From Bacilli bacterium (GTDB taxonomy: Bacteria > Bacillota_I > Bacilli_A > RF39 > UBA660), in contig JAUVZX010000002.1 of the NCBI GenBank assembly GCA_030602345.1, forward strand, positions 3,639 through 67,638: a stretch of DNA of 64,000 nucleotides, written 5' to 3'. Both the position numbers and the translations under genes were made by a program. Of the stretch, positions 43,328-56,244 are shown in pieces (position 1 is the stretch's first letter; every line of letters begins with the position of its first letter). A model generated the notes under the pieces. The model was not told the DNA's origin. It saw nothing but the letters and a program-made list of their open reading frames with translations, and ran no database searches.

Positions 43328-44060
43328 TTATACACCTCGATAGCGAGATTACTATTCTATCAAAAAACAATTCTTCATTATGGGATAGCTCAGACTCATC
43401 AAGAAGTTTTAATATCTCTTTTACCATTTTTATGGTAGACATTTCTTTTTGTTCGACTAAACTTTCTTTGTTTTTTTCTAAAATATATGTTAAAACATCG
43501 TGGTAACTTTTTTCTTTAAAATAAGAGGTGTATTTAATTCTATTACTTATTAATCTATATTTTTTTTCTTTTAATTCACTTATGAACTCATCAATAATGT
43601 TATCAGGCTCTAATATTCTATTAAGTTTTGGCATTCTAATTACTTGACATCTAGATATTATTGTAGATGGGATTGTTACAATTTTATTTGCCAATAATAT
43701 TCCATGAATATTTTCTTCAGGTTCCTCCAAAAACTTCAAAAGTGAGTTTGCAAAACTTAAATTCATATTTTCTGAATTTTTTATAATATATATTCTTCTA
43801 GAACCGTGAATTGATTTAGTAGAGAAATGTTTTTTTAGTTCGAAAATATTTTCTTTTTTTATTACCTCATTTTCATAATCCATTATGAAAATATCATCAT
43901 TATTAATTTTATTATCAAATAACAATTTGGTTATTTGTTCAACAATAAAATCTTGATTATTATTGTTTGTTTCAATTAAATAAGCATTTAAAAAACTGCT
44001 GTTACTAAAAGTTTTAAATATCACTTCTTCTATTTTTTTATTAACATCAGTTTTTTCCAT
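43317..44060 (-). CDS. holB: DNA polymerase III delta' subunit (shortened)
   Basis: ANSLLKFLEEP, TIISRCQ; synteny. Confidence 0.85.
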   Translation of the reverse strand: MEKTDVNKKIEEVIFKTFSNSSFLNAYLIETNNNNQDFIVEQITKLLFDNKINNDDIFIMDYENEVIKKENIFELKKHFSTKSIHGSRRIYIIKNSENMNLSFANSLLKFLEEPEENIHGILLANKIVTIPSTIISRCQVIRMPKLNRILEPDNIIDEFISELKEKKYRLISNRIKYTSYFKEKSYHDVLTYILEKNKESLVEQKEMSTIKMVKEILKLLDESELSHNEELFFDRIVISLSRCISEN

Positions 44061-44659
44061 TACGATACCTTCTTTCTCTCTTCAAGAGCCAATTCTAAAG
44101 TTAAAGAGTCAACATAGTCCATATCCGCACCCATAGGTAACCCATATGCGAGTTTTGAGATGGTTAAATTGTAATCCTTAAGTTTTTTACTTATATAAAG
44201 GGCTGTCGTTTCTCCCTCTATGCTCGGCTTAAATGCTAAAATAATTTCTTTTACTTCCTTTTCTTTAACTCTTTTTATTAAAGATTCTAAATTAATATCA
44301 TCTGGACCTTTACCTAGAGTTGGTGAAATCAAGCCATCTAAAACATGAAATTTTCCATTAAATACATTTATTTTTTCAATTAAATATACATTTTTTAAAT
44401 CTTCGACAACACATATAATTTCCTTTTCTTTTGTCTCGTCTAAGCATATTTCACAAACTTCTTCTTCTGATAAACCATTACATATTGAACATCTTCTTAT
44501 TTTTATTTTAATGTTTTGTAATGAGTTTGAAAATTTTTCTATCTCATCCACGTCTAGATTTAAAGTTGCCAGAGCCAATCTTTCGGCAGTTTTTTCTCCT
44601 ATTCCTGGAAGTTTTTTAAAATCATCTATCAAAGATTTTATACTATTAGGGAATCCCAT
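44060..44659 (-). CDS. recR: Recombination protein RecR
   Basis: LPGIG.KTAERLA, C4 finger, EGETTALY. Confidence 0.98.
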   Translation of the reverse strand: MGFPNSIKSLIDDFKKLPGIGEKTAERLALATLNLDVDEIEKFSNSLQNIKIKIRRCSICNGLSEEEVCEICLDETKEKEIICVVEDLKNVYLIEKINVFNGKFHVLDGLISPTLGKGPDDINLESLIKRVKEKEVKEIILAFKPSIEGETTALYISKKLKDYNLTISKLAYGLPMGADMDYVDSLTLELALEERKKVS

Positions 44660-44946
44660 TAGAACAACCCTGGGATGCCTTGTGTATATTTACCTAATCT
44701 GGCATTTGTTTCATTATCAATTTCTTCCAACAAAGTATTAAAGCCAACCAACAATATATCTTCAAGCATTTCTACATCAACATTTTCTTTGTCAATTATT
44801 AAATCTTGGAGTTTCTTATTTCCAGTCATTATTATATTGATAAAATTTTTATTGTATGTAAATTGTTTTTTGTCAATTGCATCCTTTTCTTTTTTAATTT
44901 CTTCTTGCAATTTTTGTGCTTGCTTCATCATAGCTTGTATATTCAT
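44659..44946 (-). CDS. YbaB/EbfC nucleoid-associated protein
   Basis: MMKQAQKLQ...DVEMLED; dnaX-x-recR synteny. Confidence 0.93.
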   Translation of the reverse strand: MNIQAMMKQAQKLQEEIKKEKDAIDKKQFTYNKNFINIIMTGNKKLQDLIIDKENVDVEMLEDILLVGFNTLLEEIDNETNARLGKYTQGIPGLF

Positions 44947-46521
44947 TTAATCCTCCATAATTTTTACAGAACTACCAAAAATATCGCTTATTTCGTTTTG
45001 TTCATTTTCAAAACATTTTTTTATTTTTTTAGTAGAATCTTTATCTTCATCACTATAAATATATGATTGTTTTTTACTATTGTATTTTTCTTTTATTTTT
45101 TTCCAACTTTCTTCATCAACGCATACAACCCTGTATTTTTGAGAGTATATTTCTTCAAAAAAATCTTCTATTTTATCTATGTTTTGATAAAATTCTATTT
45201 CTTGATGTTTATGTTCATTTACAAATATAATTGTGTTGTTTCCAAAGGCCTTTAAGTCTATTTCATCTATAATTTTGATTGCTTTTTTATATTTTTTATT
45301 TGATAAGTAAAACTCTTTTTCTTTTGAAATTTTTTGTTCTATTTTTTTTGTTTCTTCTTTACTAAAGTTTGATAGAGCGTTGTTTATTCGTCTTTCAACT
45401 AATAATTCACAACTTGTTTCTAATTGAACAGATTTTTCCTCTTTTATTGTTGAAACTTCTTCAATTTTTGAACTTTGACCAAACTCTGTTATCAAATCTA
45501 AAAACATTAATTCAAAATATTCATCTATTAAATTGGTTTTTTTCATTTCAGAAAGATATTTATTTAGTTTTTGAACAATAGATAAATAATATTTATTATC
45601 TTTTTTTATTTTGATCAACAAATCAGAAGTCTTTTCAATTTCTAAATTTTCCAAAATCATTCTTTTGTGAATAGACATTAAATTTTCCGTGATAAAAATT
45701 AAGTTTTTCCCTTGATCAATATATGACTTTATATATTCATATATTTTTTTATATTCACCAATTGATATTAGAAAAACTATATTTTCTAATTCCTTTTCCG
45801 ATACTGTTCCTGTTATTTGAAATACTTTTGTTATGTCCACTTCTTCACTAAAGTTTGAACATTGATCTAACATTCCTATTGCGTCTCTCATACTTCCAGA
45901 AGCAATTTTAGATATTAATTCTATAGCCTCCTTGCTTATTTTTATATTTTCAATTTCCGCTATTCTTTTTAAATTATTTTCAATTTCTATTGGTTCTATT
46001 TTTTTAAATTCTAAAACTTGACAGCGAGAAACTATCGTTGCTGGTATTTTTTTAAAATCTGTGGTCGCTAAAACAAATATGGTGTGAACAGGCGGTTCTT
46101 CCAAAACCTTCAATAAAGCATTGAAAGCACTAGTTGTCATCATATGAACTTCATCTATAATATAAACCTTATATTTACTGTAATTAGGAACTAAATTAAC
46201 TTTGCTTTTTAATTCTCTTACTTCATCAACACCATTATTAGAAGCAGCATCTATTTCTAATATATCTACATTTGTTCCATTATTGTTTTGCGTACAAGAT
46301 ACACAGACGTTGCATGGTTTTTCTTCCTTTTCGCAATTAATAATTTTGGCAAATATTTTTGCCATACTCGTTTTCCCGGATCCCTTTGGACCCGAAAAAA
46401 TATAAGCATGGGATATCTTATCGTTTTCTGTTTGATTTTTTAGTATTTTTACTATTTCTTTTTGGCCATATATTTCATTTAAGTTAGAAGGCCTATATTT
46501 TCTGTATAATGTTTTTTGCAT
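44947..46521 (-). CDS. dnaX: DNA polymerase III gamma/tau
   Basis: LYRKYRP, GPKGSGKT, EIDAASN, IDEVHM, SRCQ. Confidence 0.98.
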   Translation of the reverse strand: MQKTLYRKYRPSNLNEIYGQKEIVKILKNQTENDKISHAYIFSGPKGSGKTSMAKIFAKIINCEKEEKPCNVCVSCTQNNNGTNVDILEIDAASNNGVDEVRELKSKVNLVPNYSKYKVYIIDEVHMMTTSAFNALLKVLEEPPVHTIFVLATTDFKKIPATIVSRCQVLEFKKIEPIEIENNLKRIAEIENIKISKEAIELISKIASGSMRDAIGMLDQCSNFSEEVDITKVFQITGTVSEKELENIVFLISIGEYKKIYEYIKSYIDQGKNLIFITENLMSIHKRMILENLEIEKTSDLLIKIKKDNKYYLSIVQKLNKYLSEMKKTNLIDEYFELMFLDLITEFGQSSKIEEVSTIKEEKSVQLETSCELLVERRINNALSNFSKEETKKIEQKISKEKEFYLSNKKYKKAIKIIDEIDLKAFGNNTIIFVNEHKHQEIEFYQNIDKIEDFFEEIYSQKYRVVCVDEESWKKIKEKYNSKKQSYIYSDEDKDSTKKIKKCFENEQNEISDIFGSSVKIMED

Positions 46522-46539
46522 TTTTTTCACCCAATTAAA

Positions 46540-46992
46540 TTATACCATTTTTTTGCATTTTTCTCTATTCCTTTTATCAAGAAAAAAGCTTTTTATTAGT
46601 TTGCTATATTCCCTATTAGTCGGTTTTATTTTTTCATAATTCACGTTTTTATAAGAATTGTTTTCCTTATAATTTTTTGTAAAACCAAATTTATCATTTT
46701 CATAATAGTAGTTTATTTTTTTTATTCTCGATTGAGTTATCGCTCCATAACACATCAAACAAGGCTCCATAGTAATATGCATTTCGCAATCATCAAGTCT
46801 CCATGTTTTTATTTTTTTACATGCTTTTTGAATTGCTATAATTTCTGCGTGATAAATAGCATTTTTTTTATATTCTTTTTTATTGTAAGCTTTTGCTATA
46901 ACTTTGTTATTTCTAATAATTATTGCAGCAACAGGAAAATCTCCGTTTTTGGCTGCTTTTTTTGACAATTTTAATAATTCTTTTTCGATCAT
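46540..46992 (-). CDS. tadA: tRNA adenosine(34) deaminase
   Basis: HAE...EPCLMC; ATG 46992 after AGGTGA. Confidence 0.93.
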   Translation of the reverse strand: MIEKELLKLSKKAAKNGDFPVAAIIIRNNKVIAKAYNKKEYKKNAIYHAEIIAIQKACKKIKTWRLDDCEMHITMEPCLMCYGAITQSRIKKINYYYENDKFGFTKNYKENNSYKNVNYEKIKPTNREYSKLIKSFFLDKRNREKCKKMV

Positions 46993-47010
46993 TTTTTCAC
47001 CTATAAAAAA

Positions 47011-47081
47011 GCACACACACAGTTTGTTTTCTTATGGCTGCTTTTTTTCAAATCTGACCCTTTCGAAACTCTGTGTTGTGC
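47011..47081 (-). ncRNA. ffs: Small signal recognition particle RNA (4.5S type)
   Basis: GCACAACACAG...GGGTCAGATTT-GAAA-AAAAGCAGCC...CTGTGTGTGTGC hairpin with domain IV UCAG/AGCAG loop and GNRA tetraloop; TATAAT upstream, T6 downstream; next to tadA-dnaX as in Bacillus. Confidence 0.85.
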
Positions 47082-47117
47082 ATAATCTATTATATTATGA
47101 TTTATAAAATAAAACAA

Positions 47118-47204
47118 TGTTTCACGTGAAACATTGTTTTATTTTTTGTTTAATGTTTCACGTGAAACATTAATGATTAATTTTCTGATGTTTCGCGTGA
47201 AACA
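47118..47204. repeat. Three parS centromere sites
   Basis: TGTTTCACGTGAAACA at 47118-47133 and 47154-47169; TGTTTCGCGTGAAACA at 47189-47204 inside gyrA. Confidence 0.95.
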
Positions 47205-49621
47205 TCTTCTTCGGAAAACACTATTGAGGCTGCTGATACTTTCTGCTCATCTTTAAGATTTATTAATCTTACGCCTTGAGAAACTCTTCCTATTGTTGAA
47301 ACTTGCTCTAAGCTTATTCTAATAATAATTCCGCTGTCGGTAACAATTAGAAGTTCTTCTTTTCCTTCAACAGCTTTTATAACTACTATGTTACCGTTTT
47401 TATCAGTGACATTAAGAGCTTTTACTCCTTTGCTTCCGCGTTTTGTTTTTCTATACTCTTCGATTTTTGTTTTTTTACCGTATCCTTTTTCTGTTAAAAC
47501 TAAAACTTCTGAGTCATCATTTGCTGTTTCCATTCCTATTACGAATCCTGCATCTAAAGTTATTCCTTTAACTCCTGCTGCATTTCTTCCCATAGGTCTC
47601 AATTCTTTTTCATCAAATCTTACAAGTCTTCCGTTCGATGATGCTATCAACAACTCTTTAGTACCGTCTGTTTTTTTGACACTAACAAGTTTATCGTTCT
47701 CTTTTAACGAGATTGCAATTTTGCCTGTTTGACGAATTGAATCAAATTCATATATATTTGTTTTCTTTATAACACCATTTTGTGTACAAAATACAATATA
47801 ATTATTTTCGTCTTCTTTTCCGATAGATAAGATTGATGTTACTCTCTCGTCTTTTTCTATTGGAATTAAGTTTACCATTGGTAAGCCTTTTGCTTGTCTA
47901 CCATATTCAGGTATTTCATAGCCTTTCATTCGATAAACTTTTCCATTATTGGTAAAGAACATAACGTAATCATGAGAATTAATAGTTAGAAGGTGTTCTA
48001 CAAAATCTTCCTCATTTGTAGTCATTCCTTTAACTCCTACTCCCCCTCTGTTTTGTGATTTGTACGTATCTACCAAGATTCTTTTTATATAGCCTTTGTT
48101 AGTTACTGAAATTGTTATCACATCATTTGGGATTAAAGCTTCATCTTCAATATAATCAATCGCTGTCATATCAATTTTTGTTCTTCTTTCATCACCATAT
48201 TTGTTTTTTACTTCAGTTAATTCCTCTTTTATTATATTAGATACTCTTTCTGTTGAAGATAAAATGTCTTTTAAATCCTTAATTGTTTCTAATAATTGAA
48301 GATATTCTTCTTCTATTTTTTCTCTTTCCAAACCAGTTAATCTTCTTAATTTCATTTCTAAAATTGCTTTTGACTGTATTTCAGTAAGTGAAAATTTATT
48401 TATTAAGTTTTGGTTTGCTTCTTCGTCATTTTTTGCACTTTTGATTGTTTTAATTATTTCATCAATATTATCTAAAGCTATTTTCAAACCCTCTACAATA
48501 TGAGCTCTATTTTCTGCCTTGTCTAAATCATATCTTGTTCTTCTAATAATGATTTCTCTTTGATGATCTAAATATTTTATTAATAATTCTTTTAAAGATA
48601 ATATTCGTGGTTGTCCGTCTGCTAAAGCTAACGTGTTTATCCCATATGTTGTTTGTAATGATGTGTGTTTAAATAGATTATTTAATATTACATTAGAATT
48701 ACTATCTTTTCTTAATTCTATTACTATTTTTATACCGTCTCTATTAGATTCATCTCTAAGATCTGTTATGCCATCTATTACTTTATCTCTTACGAGTTCT
48801 GCTATTCTTGTTATTAAATTAGCTTTGTTTACTTGATATGGTATTTCGGTAATAATTATTCTTTGTTTACCGTTAGCCATTTCTTCAATTGCGGCGTTTG
48901 ATCTTATTGTTATTATGCCTTTTCCTGTTTCATACGCTTTTCTTATACCGGCATTCCCGAGTATAGTTGCTCCAGTTGGAAAATCTGGACCTTTTATATA
49001 TTCTAAAAGTTCATCTAGTGTTATGTCAGGATTATCAATCGTTGCAACTAGTGCTTCAATTACCTCATTTAAGTTATGTGGTGGAATGTTTGTTGCCATT
49101 CCAACAGCTATTCCTGATGTTCCATTTACTATTAAATTTGGAAATCTAGCAGGTAAAACAACTGGTTCTTGTTCACTTCCATCAAAGTTTTCTTTTTTAT
49201 CAATAGTATCTTTTCCTATGTCTCGTATCATTTCTGCAGCTATTTTTGATAGTTTAGCTTCAGTATAACGCATTGCTGCTGCACTGTCTCCATCTATCGA
49301 ACCAAAATTTCCATGCCCGTCTACTAGCATATATCTGATAGAAAAGTCTTGCGCCAACCTTACTAAAGCATCATAAACAGAAGAATCTCCGTGAGGATGA
49401 TACTTACCTAGTACATCCCCTACAATTCTTGCACATTTTCTATATTGCTTATCGGGTGTTAATCCTAATTCATACATTGAATAAATTATTCTTCTATGTA
49501 CAGGTTTAAATCCATCTCTTACATCTGGTAAGGCTCTAGAAACAATTACACTCATTGCATAATCTAAGAAAGATTTTTCAATTTCGTTTTTTAAATTTAT
49601 ATCTAATAATTTTTCTGCCAT
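47177..49621 (-). CDS. gyrA: DNA gyrase subunit A
   Basis: [23 protein letters not shown], GyrA-box QNRGGVG. Confidence 0.99.
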   Translation of the reverse strand: MAEKLLDINLKNEIEKSFLDYAMSVIVSRALPDVRDGFKPVHRRIIYSMYELGLTPDKQYRKCARIVGDVLGKYHPHGDSSVYDALVRLAQDFSIRYMLVDGHGNFGSIDGDSAAAMRYTEAKLSKIAAEMIRDIGKDTIDKKENFDGSEQEPVVLPARFPNLIVNGTSGIAVGMATNIPPHNLNEVIEALVATIDNPDITLDELLEYIKGPDFPTGATILGNAGIRKAYETGKGIITIRSNAAIEEMANGKQRIIITEIPYQVNKANLITRIAELVRDKVIDGITDLRDESNRDGIKIVIELRKDSNSNVILNNLFKHTSLQTTYGINTLALADGQPRILSLKELLIKYLDHQREIIIRRTRYDLDKAENRAHIVEGLKIALDNIDEIIKTIKSAKNDEEANQNLINKFSLTEIQSKAILEMKLRRLTGLEREKIEEEYLQLLETIKDLKDILSSTERVSNIIKEELTEVKNKYGDERRTKIDMTAIDYIEDEALIPNDVITISVTNKGYIKRILVDTYKSQNRGGVGVKGMTTNEEDFVEHLLTINSHDYVMFFTNNGKVYRMKGYEIPEYGRQAKGLPMVNLIPIEKDERVTSILSIGKEDENNYIVFCTQNGVIKKTNIYEFDSIRQTGKIAISLKENDKLVSVKKTDGTKELLIASSNGRLVRFDEKELRPMGRNAAGVKGITLDAGFVIGMETANDDSEVLVLTEKGYGKKTKIEEYRKTKRGSKGVKALNVTDKNGNIVVIKAVEGKEELLIVTDSGIIIRISLEQVSTIGRVSQGVRLINLKDEQKVSAASIVFSEEDVSRETSEN

Positions 49622-49631
49622 TTAATCCTCC

Positions 49632-52638
<3,007 letters not shown>

Positions 52639-52742
52639 CATGTCACCTATTTTTATATTTTTATCGTTTTTGACAAAAAAAACATGCTTACTAGTATAGT
52701 ACCTCACATATAAATTATATCATAAAAAGAAAAGAAAAGACA

Positions 52743-53192
52743 TTAATATTCTTTTCTTTTTCTCAAAACACTATTTAATTTGATTGATCTTAATATTTGA
52801 TTTTCTAGTGATAAAGAACTTATATTAATTTCTAATTCTTCATTATTAGTAAATTTAATTAATGATCCATATTTTGACTCTTCGTGCTCTTGAATTTTAT
52901 CTAAACATAACCAGTGACAATTTTCGTATCGAGGAGAACTTGTTGGAAAAAATATTAATTCTCTTGTTTCTTCTATTATAATTGGTGATTTATAATTTAT
53001 TCCAATCATTTTTTTAGTACCTTCGTGTCTTCCTTGATAAGAACTTCCAAAATACTTACAACTATTATCTATAATTTGCATTGCTTTTTGATTTACTAGA
53101 AATGTTTCTTTTTCTTCAATTATTTTCGATGTTTTTTCATTTATAGGAATAATAGCTATAGTATTTTTATTTATTTCGTATTCTTCAATCAT
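52743..53192 (-). CDS. comK: ComK family competence transcription factor homolog
   Basis: YEIN..TIAI.P, IID.SC.YFGSSY.GR..GT, K.PI, FFPTSS, C.W, ENQI.R align with B. subtilis ComK. Confidence 0.9.
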   Translation of the reverse strand: MIEEYEINKNTIAIIPINEKTSKIIEEKETFLVNQKAMQIIDNSCKYFGSSYQGRHEGTKKMIGINYKSPIIIEETRELIFFPTSSPRYENCHWLCLDKIQEHEESKYGSLIKFTNNEELEINISSLSLENQILRSIKLNSVLRKRKEY

Positions 53193-53287
53193 ATTAACCT
53201 CCTAACTAAGATTACTTTTTTTATTATAATCTTCCTTAGATATATCAAATTTTTTTGTCGATTTTTGTCGATTTTTATAAAAAAATT

Positions 53288-53312
53288 AAAAAACTTACTA
53301 TTTTAGTAAGTT
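53288..53312 (-). terminator. Terminator overlapping the dnaN stop
   Basis: AACTTACTA-AAA-TAGTAAGTT-TTTT. Confidence 0.6.
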
Positions 53313-54424
53313 CTTATAGGTAAAATTAATTGAATTAGATCATCTTTATCATTTTCTTTTAAAATTATTGGTTTTACTTCTCCATTAAAATAAATTTTAA
53401 TTTGTTCATTTTCAAACGCCTTTAAAGCATCAATCATATATTTTGAACTAAAGGCAATTTTTATATCTTCATCTTTTTCTTTTTTGATTTGAATTATTTC
53501 TTCTACATAACCTATTTCTGGAATTGTTGAAGAAACTATTGCATTATTATTTTTTGTTTCAAATCTAATTGTATTTTTGTCAGCTTCATTTGTTAATAAT
53601 GCTGCTCTATCAATTGAATTATAAAATTCTTCTAAATTAACCTCTACTATATTAGTAAAGTCTTCTGGAATTAATTTTGAAACATCTGGATAATTTCCAT
53701 TTATTAATCTTGATAATACTATTAAATTGTTCATTTTAAAAATAATTTTATTAGTAAATACATGCATTTCTAATATTTCTTTTTCAGTACTAAATAATCT
53801 TGTAATTTCTACTAAATTTTTAACAGGTATTATAACATTTATATCTTCTTTAACTTTTTCTTCTAATTTAACTATTTTTTTAGAAAGACGATATGAATCT
53901 GTAGCAATTACTTCTAAATTGTTTTTATTGAATTTAAAATTTATACCAGTTAATACAGGGCGAGATTCTTGATTAGATGTTGCAAATGATGTTTGATGAA
54001 TTATTTCATTAAACATTTCATTGCTCAATTTTATTGGGGTTTTACTTTCTTCTATTTCTAAGTTAGGAAATTCTTTAACATCAACACAATTTAAAGTAAA
54101 TGAACTATTTGTTGTTGAAATATTTATTTTTGATGACAATACTTCTTCTATTTCAATTAATTCATTTGGTAATTTTCTAACTATATCATATATATATCTA
54201 CCATTTATAACAAAGTTACCAGTTTCTTCTATATTAATAATATTTTCTTTCTCAATGAATGATTGAATGGCTATGTCATTATCAGTACTATAAAGATAAA
54301 TTCCTTCTTCTAAAATTTCAAATTTAATTCCATTTAATGCAGGAATTAAATTTTTTGATGAAATCCCCCTTATAACATGATTTAGATGTTCCATCAAGAC
54401 CGATTGTTTAATAATAATTTTCAT
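53303..54424 (-). CDS. dnaN: DNA polymerase III beta clamp
   Basis: SRPVLTG, ATDSYRL, SRLI.G.YPD, LILPIR. Confidence 0.98.
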   Translation of the reverse strand: MKIIIKQSVLMEHLNHVIRGISSKNLIPALNGIKFEILEEGIYLYSTDNDIAIQSFIEKENIINIEETGNFVINGRYIYDIVRKLPNELIEIEEVLSSKINISTTNSSFTLNCVDVKEFPNLEIEESKTPIKLSNEMFNEIIHQTSFATSNQESRPVLTGINFKFNKNNLEVIATDSYRLSKKIVKLEEKVKEDINVIIPVKNLVEITRLFSTEKEILEMHVFTNKIIFKMNNLIVLSRLINGNYPDVSKLIPEDFTNIVEVNLEEFYNSIDRAALLTNEADKNTIRFETKNNNAIVSSTIPEIGYVEEIIQIKKEKDEDIKIAFSSKYMIDALKAFENEQIKIYFNGEVKPIILKENDKDDLIQLILPIRTY

Positions 54425-54480
54425 ATATACCTTCTTTCTTTTTTTAGTTTTTATTATTATAGATGTTTATAAGTGGAAAA
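54425..54480. other. oriC unwinding segment (dnaA-dnaN)
   Basis: Minus strand TTTTCCACT/TTATAAACA tandem degenerate DnaA boxes followed by CTATAATAATAA trio-like repeats and an AT-rich tract. Confidence 0.6.
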
Positions 54481-55830
54481 CTATTTAATTTTTTCTAAAA
54501 TTTTATTTATTTCTAAAGATAAATTAGGATTTTCTTTAATTTCTTTAGAAATTTTATCCACAGAATGGATGACAGTAGTGTGATCTTTTCCACCGAACTC
54601 TTGTCCAATTCTTGGTAATTTTTCTTTTAGATGTTCTCTACAAATATACATTGCTATTTGTCTGGGTATTGCTATTTGACTAGTTCTTTTTTTACTTTTA
54701 ATTTCTTTATTAGAAACATTATAATGTTCCGCTACAATATTTATAACATTATCTATGCTGTTTTTATAACTTTGATTGTTAACAAAAACATCTTTAAGAG
54801 CTTCTTTCGCAAGTTCAATATTTATAATAGATCCATTCATCATTGTTGCATAAGCTACAACTCTTGTTATTGATCCTTCTATTTTTCTTACATCAGTAAT
54901 ACAGCTGTTAGCAATAAATTCTTTTACTTCTTCAGGAAATAATGTATTCATTCCGTTGCTTTGAATTTTTTGATTTATAATTTTTGTTCTTAATTCATAA
55001 TCAGGTGGTAAAATATTGACTAAAAGTCCCCAATTAAATCTGGTTCTTAATCTATCCTCTAATAATTTTAAATCATCCGGTGATCTATCAGAAGAAATAA
55101 TAATTTGTTTATTGTTAGAATATAATTCATTAAAAGTATTGAAAAATTCTTGTTGAGTTTGAGTAGCAGAAGCCATATATTGAATATCATCAATTATAAG
55201 AACATCTATATCTCTATATTTAATTTTAAAATTTTCAATCGCATTAAAATCATGTTCATTTTTGGTTTTTTTATTTATAAAAATAAAATCATTAATAAAT
55301 TTTTCTGAAGTAATATACAAAACTTTTTTCTTTAAATTTTTATTTATATAATTACCAATAGCATGCATTAAATGAGTTTTTCCCAATCCACTATTACCAT
55401 AAATAAACAATGGATTATACATTAATCCGGGTTTTTCTGCTACTGAAAGAGCAGTTGCGTGAGCAAATCTATTAGATTCACCAACTACAAAGTTTTCAAA
55501 CGTATAGTTAGAATTTAAATTAGATTCAAAATTATGATAGGGAACCCCTATTTTATCTGTATCTAAAATATTATTTTTATCTAAATCATCTTCACTAATA
55601 TATTCAATATTAAAATTAGTCCCAGAGACATCGTTAAATACTTCTCTAATTAATTCATCATAATTTTCTTTCAAATGTTTTTTATATATATGCATAGGAA
55701 CAGTTATTTTTGCTAAATTACTATCTAATTCAATTAGTTTAGTATTAGAAAACCAAGTTTCAAAAGCAATAGGTGTTACTAATGAACTTATTTTATCTAA
55801 AGTATTTTTCCATAAAAAATTAAGATCCAC
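54481..55830 (-). CDS. dnaA: Chromosomal replication initiator DnaA
   Basis: YNPLFIYG.SGLGKTHL, IDDIQ, RQIAMY, FGGKDHTTV; GTG start after GAGGTGA. Confidence 0.99.
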   Translation of the reverse strand: MDLNFLWKNTLDKISSLVTPIAFETWFSNTKLIELDSNLAKITVPMHIYKKHLKENYDELIREVFNDVSGTNFNIEYISEDDLDKNNILDTDKIGVPYHNFESNLNSNYTFENFVVGESNRFAHATALSVAEKPGLMYNPLFIYGNSGLGKTHLMHAIGNYINKNLKKKVLYITSEKFINDFIFINKKTKNEHDFNAIENFKIKYRDIDVLIIDDIQYMASATQTQQEFFNTFNELYSNNKQIIISSDRSPDDLKLLEDRLRTRFNWGLLVNILPPDYELRTKIINQKIQSNGMNTLFPEEVKEFIANSCITDVRKIEGSITRVVAYATMMNGSIINIELAKEALKDVFVNNQSYKNSIDNVINIVAEHYNVSNKEIKSKKRTSQIAIPRQIAMYICREHLKEKLPRIGQEFGGKDHTTVIHSVDKISKEIKENPNLSLEINKILEKIK

Positions 55831-55867
55831 GTAATCACCTCTTATCAATATATATTTTACACCAAAA

Positions 55868-55989
55868 TGTGGATAAAAAAAACCATATTTACTTGAAAAA
55901 AACTAAATATACAAAATAAACAAAAATATCCACATCAATAATCAATAAAAAATAAAGAAAAAATCAAGTTTTCCACAGAGTGTGGATAA
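55868..55989. promoter_or_regulatory. DnaA-box cluster upstream of dnaA (oriC)
   Basis: TGTGGATAA 55868 and 55981 (perfect), ATATCCACA 55926, TTTTCCACA 55969; gene strand switches here. Confidence 0.88.
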
Positions 55990-56082
55990 GTGTAATGTTA
56001 TTAAATATTATTATTAATTTGTTTGACAAAACACAATATAATCTATATAATTATGAAAGCAAAGAGAGTTAGGAGGTTAGTT

Positions 56083-56205
56083 ATGAAAAGAACTTTTCAA
56101 CCCAATAAAAGAAAAAGAAGTAAAAAACACGGTTTTTTGGCAAGAATGAAAACTAGAATATTAAATAGTCGTCGCCGTAAAGGTCGTAAAGTATTATCAC
56201 ACTAA
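56083..56205 (+). CDS. rpmH: 50S ribosomal protein L34
   Basis: MKRTFQP..RKR.KKHGF.ARM...RRRKGR after AGGAGG. Confidence 0.98.
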   Translation: MKRTFQPNKRKRSKKHGFLARMKTRILNSRRRKGRKVLSH

Positions 56206-56229
56206 AAGACCACAAGAAAGTGGTTTTTT
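56206..56229 (+). terminator. Terminator after rpmH
   Basis: GACCAC-AAGAAA-GTGGTT followed by T run. Confidence 0.65.
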
Positions 56230-56244
56230 CTCTAGGGAGAAATT

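Noticed and set aside
46993-47016. N-terminal extension of tadA in the ORF track
   Set aside because: It overlaps the SRP RNA 3' end; the SD-supported start is ATG 46992.
47106-47204. Three repeats at ~36-bp spacing resembling a mini CRISPR array
   Set aside because: The repeat is the 16-bp parS palindrome, the spacers are ~20 bp, and there are no cas genes.
52670-52700. Plus-strand TTGACA promoter antisense to comK
   Set aside because: Candidate -10 hexamers are at 16 or 19 bp spacing in very AT-rich DNA; not supportable without TSS data.
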